From Chrysomallon squamiferum (lineage: Eukaryota > Animalia > Mollusca), in contig CM022674.1 in the NCBI GenBank assembly GCA_012295275.1, forward strand, positions 8,928,001 through 8,992,000: 64,000 bases of DNA, given 5' to 3'. The translations under genes and the position numbers were made by a program. The notes under the pieces are model-generated. The model did no database searches. It had not been told where the DNA came from and was given only the letters and a program-made list of their open reading frames with translations. Shown piece after piece: positions 42,980 through 56,700 of the stretch (within the stretch, counting starts at the first letter, position 1; the number at the start of each line of letters is the position of its first letter).

Positions 42980-43389
42980 CTGTGCACGTGTGTGCATGCG
43001 CTTTAATATATTTATGTGGCTGCACTGTCATCCCATCTGTTATCACTATAGTATATAAATAAACAAAATAAACTGAATATGGCTGCTCAATGTTAATACA
43101 GTATAATTTGAAAGATTATATCCATTTTAGTGAATAATTACTTTATTATTAGCAAAGTATGGTTAAATTGAATTCTTTTGTGTTGTTTTGACTTTGTTGT
43201 TGAATTTGTACCCTACCGCTACCACTTGGACTTTCATTATTCAATACATGCACTAAACTTAGTTCTGGATAATTATCATTTTTCTCTTCCACACTGAATG
43301 AACTGGTTATTCCTTCTCTCTACAGAAAAATCCTCATCAAACAAAAGTTTTGCATTGTAACAACTTCACCTAAGTTTAATATTTTATTA

Positions 43390-43740
43390 AACCGCTTACA
43401 GATATTTTATATCTTTCATATGAAATGACATTAATAAAGCCCGCAGCCTTTTCTGGCTGATAGCGTTCAGCCTCCATAAAATATCTGCAGTAATACGATA
43501 TTCTACAGCTTGTTGCGTCGTCCGCGTTTCAGACCAGCCGAACTGTCATCCGCTGTTTACGTGGAGCCGTGTCCTCGGAAAGCAGGCACAAGCAATCTGT
43601 TGATTTATCTCGGACTTGCTCTATCATGTTAAGTTTAAATAATTGTCAGTGAAAGCTCAAATACAGTGTGTGGATTATATATTTTTACTTCAGTATGTGG
43701 ATACTTTTGTTGAACAGTAGTAAAAAATTGCAGAGAAAAG
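43390..43740 (+). promoter_or_regulatory. CpG-rich promoter/5'UTR of the adaptor gene
   Basis: Strong CpG cluster at 43440-43620, including CGGAA, followed by ATG 43741 and a GTAAG donor at 43757. Confidence 0.65.
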
Positions 43741-46700
43741 ATGGAAACTCTGAACGGTAAGCTGTTTTTCACTTGTCACTTAGTCGAAATCCTTTCTAAA
43801 ATTTATGTTACAGTCATAACGAGTTACCTGACTCAATGTGCAGATATTTATGAATAAATAAACTGATACAGGAGGGCTTGTTATATACATCTTAATAGAT
43901 AAATGACTTTCTGGCCTACGTTCAGTAAAATTAAAACTATAATTATTATTATTTTTTTTTATTCAAACATATATCGCAATATTAAGTTAAAAACTAAATG
44001 AAATATATATATAATAATAATAATAATAAAAGAAAATTACGTTCATATCATTGAAATTATTAAGGAACGTAACCCAATTAAAAAAAAGAAAGAAAAAAAA
44101 GAGTAATTGAGAATTGAGCATAAGCAGTGGTATCACCTACCTCATTTCAACAACAGCCTGCAACTTCAAGAACTTTTTTGTAGAATAAAGTAAAAAACTT
44201 TATCCACTTAGCATTTTAAGTTTCAGACAAGTTTTTGACAATTATTTCTTCTTAATAACAATATGTGTACCAAATAATTTATTGTTTTTATTTTCTTAAA
44301 AAAAAAAAAAATGTTTCTCAAATTTCATTATAAACCTTTAGAAGTTTAGTCATATCTTTAGCCATTAGCATATTTAAAGTTGTGCCTATACAGGATACAG
44401 ATATTTGATTTTTAAACTTTCTGTTCAGTTTTACAGTAATACCTGAAAGAAAGGCAAAAAATTGATTAAACGGTATAGTCAGTCTGCTCACTCACTCTGT
44501 TAAGTGTAAAATAATTGTTAAAATGAAACTGTCTTGCTTGTTCTTGGCATAATATTAATTATTAAAACTGCTCCATATAATTAACTGTACCATAGGTGTT
44601 TTCTAACTTCTAATCAGTATAATATAAATTACAATGTGATATTTCTGAGTGATCATAAATAATGTAATTAGTTTATATTAACAAATGTATTCTTATATAG
44701 TTGTAATAGTGGAATGGTTTACACTGAATTTCAACAATACTCTGGTTCTGTTAATATTACTTATATTCTCTTTTGTCCAAACTCAGCCAATAACTATTTC
44801 CTTAAGAAAACATAATAATAACAATAACAATAACAATAACAATAACAATAATAATAATGATGATAATAATAACAACAATAACAACTGCAATAATTATTAT
44901 CATTGTTATTAATTAAACTATTAATTAACTAACTTTTTTAATGTAAGATCTTGAAATAAATATATAAGAATGAACAAAAAATAAATAAAAAAAATGAAAA
45001 AAATGAAAAAGTAAACTAAAAAGTAAATTTATCAATGTAAATAATATTTATTGAAAGCAGATTTACTAATTTTGTTTATTGGTAATAAGGAAATAACTAT
45101 TTTATTTACTAGTAGTTGTCTGTTGAGAGTTTCAGGAAGTGAACACTTATTTAGCAGTCTGTCACAGCTGCTAATGAGTAAAATCTACTCAGAGTGTCTT
45201 ACTAAAAAATAAATAAATAGATACATTTACAAACACACACACATTTTTATTTTTGAAATGCATGATTCTTCTATGAAACAGTGATGACTTTGTGAAATCT
45301 ACAGCTGAAAGCAGTAATAAATTAAATAAAAAATGTTTATGTCATATATATCTGTGTTTATTATGAGTGAAAATGAAAAATTAAAGTGAGAAAATATAAT
45401 AATTTAAATAATAATATTAATAATAATAATAATAATAAACCTGAGTAATCCATGTACTTTTATTCCAAATGTATTAGCCAATACAATTACAATCAGTAAT
45501 ACTGATGACAGGGATGTGGAATATACACTTAAAAAACCGACTTAATTATGGTCATCAGATGGGATGTTATTGAAGTAGGAAATTACCCTGTCTTGCTGAT
45601 AGACTGTTTCAATTTGTCAGGCTGAATCCTCTACATATTCACACCCAAAATCCAGTCCATTGTATTACCTAAACCCCAAAGCTGTAAAATCAAGCCAGGC
45701 GTTTCTCCAGTGTTAGTCATTCAGAATAGCCATGGGCACAGTTCTGGGGTCACTATGTTCTGCAGTCTAAAAGTAATATTTATACTGCTGGTCACTTTGT
45801 AATTTAATATTTACTGACATAGTCTTCTTGCAGACATTCCTATGTATGCCACCAGATTAGTGTAGGTAGTAATGGATTATTAAAAAGATAAACAGAGAGA
45901 AAAAACTGCTTGAGTTCATATTCATTTAGAAAGTACAATGGGTACAAACTGATTTTTTGATATAATTTTGTTATTATTAGCTACAAAATCATATAAGCTT
46001 TGATTGTTAAAATGTTAGCAAATTTTGATTAAAGGGTGTCTTTTCTGGAAACAGCAGTTAAAAAACAAATATATGTATAGAAATATAATCAGTCTGATCT
46101 ATATTTTGTGGAAAGGTAACAATTTCTATTTTTTTGTAAAACCTTATTACACTGGGTAATATTTTAATGCATTAGTGACTCATTCTGTAATGTGAAGAAG
46201 TGCATTTAAGTTGAATAATGAACTAGAATTGTATTGATTTGTCCTTACAGATAATTTAGTTGTATACAGAAGTAAAGTAGTGCCACTGAGTGCAGTCACT
46301 GCCTACAGGTTTATTTCTCTTTATCATCATCAGGTTATTATTTCATAATGCCTGCACTCATCTGTCTTTCAATTTGTGCTAGAAATAAATTACAGGTGTA
46401 TGTGTTGTATATTCATAATATTGCTGCTTACTGAAAAATGTTGTGTGTGTTTGTTTATGGTTTCAGTGTTATAATCTCTTATGTGTACATGATTATTCCT
46501 CTGTCTTAAAACAACAACAACAAAAACAACAAAAAGCCCCAACTCCAACAGGCACACAAACTGTATAATATAACCATTTAACAAAGCAAAGCAAAACGAA
46601 TAATTTATTTTTATTTTTTAAATACTCAACAAAAGCCCAGAATCCTTCCACATTATTTAATCATGTTGTTTGTACAGTTTAAACTAAGCTATAAAGAAAA

Positions 46701-47707
46701 ATGGATCTTCATAACCTAACTGCAATGTGATCAAAACAATCTATTCTTTATTTTATATACTGCTCCAAATTCATTAATTAGGTTAAACTGTTAAACTGGA
46801 AATAATTTTATAATGACAGCAGAAATAGAAATTAAGTCAAAATAGTATTGTTTTATGGTTGTTTAAAGGTGGCTGTTGAAAATGAGCATAAATGAACTGG
46901 AGAATAATGAACTGTAGTATTAGAATTACACTGACTACAGCTGTAATTTTCTTAGTAATAAAAATACATGTTGACATAATGGTACTTATAGAACAGTGCA
47001 GAAGTTTACAGGAACTGAAAATGTATTTGTTGTCAGAACAACAGGCTTTAATAAACTTCGGCTAATTAGAAATTGTACGAGCATTCCAGGAATTAGTTCT
47101 AAAAAAGTTCCCATTATTCTGATTCTAATCATTAGTATTATTGTTGTTTCTTATAATATTCATAACAGACTGCAGTATGTTCTGAAGTTTGAAAGATAAA
47201 CAATACTTTCAATTTTTTCTTTATCCTAATAACCATTTTGAAATCTCATAAACCAGTTACTTTTACTTCATATTTTGAAATATAATCCTCCTGAAATTTG
47301 CTGAGATCTATGTACAACATGGTATGTTGAATGAAGTAAAATATAAGATATTTTATGGATTTTTCTTCATACTAGACATTTTTTTTTATCAAGAATCATT
47401 TTTAGTTTATTGTTAAGATAGTTTTCATTGAAGTAACTGTAATCCACATGGATATCACCTAGAACTTCCATTAACCTGTGCACAGTAGAACTTGCCAGTG
47501 TTCATACATGCTAATAAAATAATAACTAAATTTTGACATAGTGCTCTTGCATAAATCTATTACAAAGTTAGGTTGAGCAAATTACCTATATATTCAAATA
47601 GCAGTTTGAGAAGTCACTACAAAATAACCAAATGTTTAAATCTATTACTGCACTTTTTACACTTGTCTCATACACAAGTACTCACACAGATACCCACACT
47701 CACACAG

Positions 47708-47749
<42 letters not shown>

Positions 47750-50700
47750 CACACACATTCACACATTTTTTGTGTTATAATTTCTTGATCTGAAATTAAA
47801 GTTAAAGTTATATAACAATAATTGATATATACTGATTACTTTATAAAACTTTGAGAATATGTCAGCAATTAAAATGTATTTTGTTTTTACATTATTTTTT
47901 CCTGATTTATAAATTTTAATCTAGATTTTATTTTCTGATACTTAATAAGCTAGGTTACATATCAGATTGGCATCCTGTTGTGTTCTTAAATCCATGATAG
48001 TTATTAGCTGAATGCCTAAAAATAAAATACTATCATTAAACACCAATGTTATCAAGGTGTATGTTATATCAATCAGTAGGATACCTTCTGCCATTCAAAA
48101 TTTTAACATTTGTCAACCTCTTCTTTTATATATATATATATAAAAATGCTTTTGCAGAATGTTTTGGACGAACAAAACAAAGAAAAAACAAACAGGAAAG
48201 GCTGACAGTGGTATATATATATATCTAATATTAACAAGATAATTTATTTAATTCCAGTAATTAGTAAAAAAATAATATGCCATATTCTGATTAATTTTTT
48301 CTTTGAATTGGTTTACAGTTATTGTAATTTAAATTTATGTATTTTAATCAGCCATGTATTTAGTCAGAGGTTTTTGGTCTGTAATCATCTATTTATTTTA
48401 TAATCAGAAGTTTATGTAGTTTAACTCCTAGACACAGTAATTAGAGGTTTTGTTTATTCTGTAATCAGAGTTTTGTGTGTTTGTTACTGAAGATTGTTAG
48501 AAATGTGTTAGCCTGTATGAAAGATATCAGTAATTTAACCTTTGTGCATGAATGAATTAAGACTGTGGTTTGACAGTTGTAATTTGTGGGTTGAATGAAC
48601 TGAGCCTATCTTTTCAATTTATTTCACCTTCCAGTGCTTCAGGATCATGCCTATCTAACTTTGTTTATGTCTGTGTTACTAGGAACTGTCTACTTCCTGC
48701 AGTGTAAACAAGCAACAGCTAACAATGATTTGTTAGTTTTGAAACAGCTGAGTATTCATTACTTAGTATCAACAGATGCTGTTTAGTTAGATTAATCACC
48801 ATTTTGTCTGTATCATTTACAGGTAAAGTGGAGTAAGAATGAAACACACAGATGATACTGATGTGAACACAAATTAAAATATTAAAGACACAAACATCAC
48901 TGTAATATTATTTAAGCTGTTTATAATTTTTTAAAAAGGAAGTAAGTTCCTATGTAAAAAAAAAAAAAAACTCAGACAAAGTTAATCTGTTAACTCATAT
49001 ATTTTCTTCATCATTTTAATTTTAATTTATCCCAGATCATTCTTATTGTATAATAACATACTGGAACAGGATGACATTTTAATAATGTCCCAAATTGTCA
49101 TGATATTTATATACAGATTTTAAAGGCAATTGTTGCAAAAATGATTTAAAATAATAAACTGATGTTGTACCTGTGGAACTGAAACTGTATGTTTGGATAT
49201 ATGGCATTATAAATGAACATGTACATTAAACAAAAATATTAACTTTTTTTTAAATTTATTTTATTTAGATATACAAAATATGCATTATCAGTCTAGACAT
49301 TTTCTTCTTAACACATTCAGGAAACCTGTATTGATAGAAACCCATGAAGCTATAGTTCTATTACAATTAATTGGATAAAAAGAGCAGGTTAACAAGTCTT
49401 TTAACTAAGTAATCATGGATATATTTGCCATTTTGTCTGAATACATAATCTACTTTTCATCAACTAAATTGTGTTTTATTCTTATCTTTTTTTTTTTTAT
49501 TCAATTCCACTTATTAACTGTTTACTTTTACTGGACATCTTCACCTAACAGGTGTTTTGTGACATTTAATTCAAACAGTTGTTTTCTTTTATCACACTGC
49601 TTGTCACTTTTGATCAGATAGTCAGCTCTTAAAGGAAGGAAATAGTGAAATATACCAGATATAAATAATTTTATTCTTTAATTAGAACTCTTTAAGCTGA
49701 ATTGTTGAAAATAACTGTAAAATTCTAAATCTATTTACAAATATATATCCATTCATCTGCTGTTATATATATATATACAGACACACACATTACACATACA
49801 ATTAGTTTATTGTAACTAACATTAGGTATAATTTTTATTAACAGTTTCCATACTGTCTCATATAGCTGCTAAGTTAAACATTTTTTTTAATTTTAAATAC
49901 ATTTTATAATCATTACAAGTCGAGTAGTATATGAATTTATATATTTCAACTGAAATAACAAACAGTTGTATGGTTGCTGATATCACAATTTTATATTATG
50001 TGTGTGAGTGGCATAACATTTTGTAATTATTTAAAAATGTAAATGACAAAAATAAATAAAACATCAGGATACTAGCCATCATGAAACATAAGCCTAGCTT
50101 TGTTACCATGGTGACCAGGTTCATTGATTATTACTTGTTCGTAACATAAGTGACATTTTTTTTTATGGGTTGTGCTAAATTAAAAATCATCTTTGATGTT
50201 AGTTATATCAGTAACAAAATATATATATACTAATAAATTTATTTATTTAATTTCATATGGAATTCTTAAGAAGCTTCCTGAAGAGATGGGGCCTAAATAG
50301 CAAAATAAATTTCATTTCAGAATTCTGTAAATCTGGTAAAATGTTTGCAAATACAACAAGCATCAAAATTAAAAAATATATTCTTGTTTTTATACATTGT
50401 TCTACCTATTACAAAAAAACACTGGCTAGAATCTATCATATAACATATAAAAAATATATCTGTAGCTGGATAAACTGATATTTTAAGACAGTAAACAACT
50501 GTTTCTTTATCCTGCAGTACTAAATAATACGAAAACTATTATTTGTAATTTATGTACATGTATACATGTAAAACAAAAAATTCATTGAAATTTTGTTCAT
50601 AGTGATTGTAGGATAATTTTGTATAATTATCAGAAAACAAGAATAAATATTAAAACAAATGTTATCATTTGTTCTTTTACTTTTTTTACTTTTTTTTTAT

Positions 50701-53700
50701 CACTGTTAAAGAAGACATGATAATACAGTTGCACTGATTCCACAGTATTCAGTTTTACAAACAACTATTCTGTTGTTTGTTTTATCACCAGAGGTCAGAT
50801 ATGGTTTTCCCCAGGGTTAATAATTTATCTGTGTGCTAGGCAGTTTTTATGTAAACAACACAGTTGATAAATTGCTGTTATTCATACTTCACTCTCTTTC
50901 ACTTAGTTTTCTGTACTGAAAAATTATTTTACAGAATAAACTTTGAAACTAGCCACTATAAAATATATCAAGCATATATGCTAAATATTCATGTTAAGCA
51001 TGATCTTAAAAGTGTTAAAAGTTGTTACCTTAAACACTGAAGCAGTTTAAGAACACATAAAAACAATGTTATAAAACACACCATATTTAAGATAACACTG
51101 GACTTTTTTAGAAACTGTTTTCAGCACATTAAAACAGTTCAATAAAACACACTAAATGTTAAGAAAACCCTGAACCAAACTATTTTACAAACACATTAAA
51201 AGAAATGTTATAAAACACATTAAACATTAAGAAAACATTAAAGCAACTTGATTTAAAAACACACAAAAAGAATAATTATAAATCATGCAAAATACATGTT
51301 TAAAATGGATCAGGTGTTTTTATTTAAAACAGATTTGTGAAAGTACACACATCAGACATGTTGTTAGTAATAAACAGTGTGCTACTTTTTACAAACACAT
51401 TTTAAAACAATATAATAATAAACTGCATAAATATTTTTATTTAATTTTTTGAATTATCAAATGTTGTATTTGATCTTACACTGTAAAAGGAAATTAATGA
51501 CCACCAAGATTCTGTGTAAATCTCATTATGTTAATAATTTTAATCGCCAGGTATTCCAGGTATACATTTGAAAGCAGTTTTTTCTCTACATTGTATAATT
51601 ACCAACATTTAATATAACTAATCATATATAACAAAAGGAGGTCATAATGACTGTTATGATCTTTATAAAATAATTATTATATATATTGATATAATCACAT
51701 ATTTAAAGGATTTGAGAGAAATTATATAGAACATAAAAGCTTTCCCCCTTTTTTTATGCTGTAAAATATAAATGAAAATATTTTTTTATATTTTTTAAAG
51801 CAAATGAAAATTAATCACTTTTGGTAACCAGGTTTTAAATGAAACATGTAAAACTGAATATTTTATGATTAAATGCTGCCACCTGTATGTTACTATATTT
51901 TCAGAGGTTTTGTTAACAATGTCACAACTAATTACAAGGAGAATAATATATTTAATCTCATCATCTTTTATTTACTTATCTAATTATATTCTGTAATTTT
52001 CATGATTGAGAATTTTTTTTATATTAATTAGGGCATTGCTTTAACAGCAAATATTATTCAAATTTCCAGTTTCATATATATATATTTTAAAGCTTGTTGA
52101 TATATATATATGATAATAATTTTAAACATTGTTCACATAATTATATAGTTCAAAACTTGTTTCTTCTTTTCTTTGTTATTCAGTATGTGTTGTAGGTTTT
52201 AAATAGGTCAGTAGCAGTTTGAACTACAAAAGCAGTTTCTTACTTGTCAGTCATTGCACAGTTTTTTTTTTTTTTTTATTTATTTCTTTTTTGCATGAGT
52301 CATCCTATGTGATATCAACAACAAAGCAGGTCACTAAGTTGTTTTTCATCATGTATGCTGTCTGTATAATTCACAGATCAGATTTTTATTATGTGAAGAA
52401 TAATAATCAGTGAAAAGATTTCCCAACATAAAGCAGACTGAAACCATCAAATTTGATGTCTGCAAGCTTGAACTCCCTCTTTTGATGATAAGTGCAAGGT
52501 AATTCAAACAGAACACAAAGAAACACAGAAAGGTATTGGGAATGTGGAATGTTTTCTGAGATGAATGTCATGTAGGTTTCTCTGTGTAAAAGGGTGCACT
52601 TTACTAAATTATTACACATTTAACACTCATCATATTATTAGTCACAAAAAATAAATAAAAAAACAACTTAATAATAATAATAAATTAAAAATGTCATAAA
52701 TAAAAAGTAAATATTACAAAATAAAAATTATTTATCTTACATATTTTGATAAGCCAGACACTGGAAGGAAATATAAATAGGCCTATTCATATGAGTTGAT
52801 ATAAGATATTTTTATTGAATATCTGTCAATAAAAATTATTTTTAATTAACTGTCCTAAAAGTGTTTTCAATCAAATAACAGTTTAATTAACTATTAATTT
52901 ACTCAAACCCATAAACTGGAAATTTTACTCTCTTGATTAATTTTGAAGTTACTTATAAATAATAAATCACAAAGAAAATGATATTTTTGAGAACCTCGAA
53001 TAAGATTAATTGTAAATAAGGTTATAATTTATGCAGTGGTGTATATAAATAAAATATAATAAAATAATAATGATAATAACAAATAAATGAATAATATTTT
53101 TTCATTTTATTTTACTTGGCACTATATATATATATATAATCTCTTGATTTTCTTGAATATGAAATGGAACCAGGCCACCATACTGTAAAACATATATATG
53201 GCTGATTGGTCATCCTTGTAGTAGTTTGTATGTAAACACATTTGTACCCAGGAAAACAAACTGACCCCAGAAACTGGAAATACAATCCACCTTGTTCCTT
53301 GTTAAAATATTTTTGTTAAGATTTTACCTTCTGTTGAAACACATTATTATATAAAACTATAACAAATATTTTCAGTGTGTAAGTTCATCTGAAAGCTTTT
53401 GTTCTTTGGCCTGTAGGCCTACAATGGTTTCAGATGTGTTGTATCCATCTATACAAGTGCATGTATATTTATTTTATTCTCTTTTGCTTTTTTCTTCCTT
53501 TTTGTTTCATTCATTTTTTTCATCTTTAACTTTTTAATTTTTTTTTTCAAGTGTGGTTTTCTTGATGTTAGCCAAGAAAATAATTCCAGTCATGGTTAAA
53601 AGATGTTTTACAAACAAAAGCTCTCACTATAATAAATGGTTTTTAGAAATTTTCAACTTTATATGTGCCTGTTCATTGCGTGCTGCTGTCTCAGCTTCAA

Positions 53701-56700
53701 TTAGAGAACAAAGAGAATGCAAACATTGTTCTTTAGTTTTGTATTAGTCATATACAGTGAGATTAAAAGAGAGGAATTTCTGTAAGTATGTAATATAATT
53801 GAAAAAAGGGAAATTTTATGTGTTGATATAGGTAGAGTGTTTTTAATACCACATGTTAAAGAATGAGGGTTTTTATGTTTGATTGACCATTCAGGGATAT
53901 TTTCAGTTCCAGTTATTTATCAAAATAATATAAAAGGTTCTTTGTTTTTATGAAATATCAAAAACATACTTATTTTGTGAAATAGGTATACTATCTATTA
54001 TTAAAAAATAAAATAAAAAAACAAATAGCTTAAATTGCCTTTTTATTTAACACTGACAAACTCAATATGGAAATTATTGTTACTAATAATAATAAGTATA
54101 ACAAACAATAATACAAAATTCAAGGTGTTGACATTTTTTTAACCCTGTATTTTATCAATGGCTGATATATTTTTTCTTAAATGAAATAATCTTTGCTTGG
54201 AGTTCAAAATAATACTTTAATGATTATTAAAATGTTTTATTAACACCATTATTTTTTTGATGAGGCAAATGAAATAATCTTTGCTTGGAGTTCAGAATAG
54301 TACTTTAATGATTATTAAAATGTTTTATTAACACCATTAACTCACAGTAATCTAACAAATACATCAGGTAATAGGTGTTAATTAATGTAAGTGTTGTGGT
54401 TAAACAAACATTTTCTTTGCCTGTTACTATAGTTCAAGCTGGACTATTACTGTCATGTTCCAGCCTCACCTGCTAAATATGTTTATTTGAAGTGCATAGT
54501 TTATGAGATGTTCCCGCAGCAAATCAGTGAACCCTGAAACAACATGCTGACCATCAGCAATTAGAGTCATTGTGGACAGCTCTAACTCCATCTTAATAGG
54601 CCCTTCTAAGTGTCAGAGTGACTTGCACTATAATTAGGATGTTCTCAATAACCTTTTGTGTTTTTAACAATATCACAGATCCATATAGTACTTTAAATTA
54701 TAGTGAAATCTAACCCACTTTTATTTCACTTGATGGAGATAGTTTACAGAAAAGGTAATAATATACTAGAGGAAATATATATATTGTTTAAGTTATAAGT
54801 AGGTATTATTGTTATGTTGATGATATTTGTTCATTGTTGATGTTCAATAAAGGGGAAAAAATTCCCAAAGAACCTTTTAAGTCTGATAAAAGTTACTAAA
54901 ATAAAAAACACATTACAATAGCTTTTCTTTCTTTAAAAAAAGAAAAAAAAGAAGAAGAAAAGATAGGTATTCAGTGCTTTATTTAATTTTCATTACAAGT
55001 CTCTTTACTATGGATTGAGATAATATTTGTTTTTACAGATACTTGTAATTACTTTATAAACTTGTAAAATCAGTTAATATTACATATAGTAATTAAGAAC
55101 ATCATCATCCACATCTGTACTTGTACTTACCAGTTTAACATGAAACCTGACTCTCTCTAATCTTTTTTAAACTTTTGTCTCAGTATTTTTTGTGTTAAAC
55201 TTTGTCTCAGTATATGATGTATTTTGTTTGTTATTAAAATAATACATGTGTTTTTTATTTGTCTTCTTTTGAAAACATATTTGTTGTACTCAAAAAATTT
55301 CAAACAATTATTTTTTAGACAATATTTGTTGACTCAAAAAGCAAGTTATTTTGTAGATAAAAATTTACTGTCAGCATGATTTCTCTGTTTCTAACAAAAC
55401 ACAGAGAGAGCAAAGAATTCTACTAGTCATCAAGAGTAGTGTGAACCTCATTTATTTTCTAATATTTTTGGTTTAGTATACATAAAACTATAGAGCCATT
55501 GCAAAATGGTATAAGGTTACACTGACATGCAATATACATATTATTTGAATAAGGTGTTTCTGGACCTAGATGTGTTTGTGTGTGTGCATTTGTTGTTTTG
55601 AAATATTAGACATAATCCAGTAAGATAAAAATATAAATTATTTAAATCTTAAAGGCTTAACAATGGTAACATAAAGCAGAAAATCTGCAGTTTTTTCAAT
55701 TACATACAGCATGGAATATAGTGTAGTGATTTTTGGTTTATAAACAAACAGGTTACAGTTTTGTTGGATATGGTGAAAACAAGAAAGACTGAAGAGGAAA
55801 CATTGATACTTCTGTTGAGAAACAGAGACAAATATGGACAAAACAAAGGTTATTTAAGGTATAATAAATTATGGGATTTTGGAAAAAAGAAGCCAACTAG
55901 ATGAATATCACAAACTAATACCTGAAATCAACATCTGTAATTAAGCATTCCACTGACAAGAGTAGTTACGACATAAAACAGCAAAAACCAGTCCTGACTG
56001 TATCATGCTAAATTACTGAAAAATGTGTGTCTATTGACAGTTAGGCTGTTCCTAGTTCATTGTGGTTCTTTCTTTGAAAAAGCATTAGTTTTTAATTTTG
56101 CTTCAACAGAAATTTTCTGTAATTAACAATGCCTTAAATAAAGATTATTTCATAAGAAGGCATACAAAACAGCAAACACTTATGATTTATGTATAATACA
56201 AATCTATAAACTTGAGAAGTATTTTCTTTTACCAGCCTTTGTTTTTTTTATATAGTGTTAGTAAATTAGTAGGGTAATTACATCATGTTCCCAGCTTTAA
56301 TTAGATCATTGTCAATAAACTAATTACAAAACAAAAATTCCTCACCAGAATGTCTATTATGTTTTAATAATATCCAGGACATAAACAATTTCTGGAAGGT
56401 TTATACATAGTTCAGAAGTACTCAGTTTTCTTGTGCTGGAGGTCACTGAGTACACCTCTGGCACCTGGTCATAGACTTATCCTAAGGAATCAAGACTACA
56501 GATTTGGTGAATTTGTTTACAGATAGGCTAAGCTGAATCATTACCTGTTGAAATTTCACTTCACTGTTGATCTTAACAGAAGCTTTAACATGTGAAAGAT
56601 GAATACATTTTTAACAGTTTGAGTTACAAAACATTTCATATCCATATCACTATTTATTATTATTTTTATTATTATTATTATTTGTTTACTTAATTAAACA

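Noticed and set aside
53717-53787. ATG-to-GTAAGT segment as another first coding exon of the adaptor gene
   Set aside because: It ends in phase 2 and would hit a stop shortly after splicing to 61258. At most it is non-coding.
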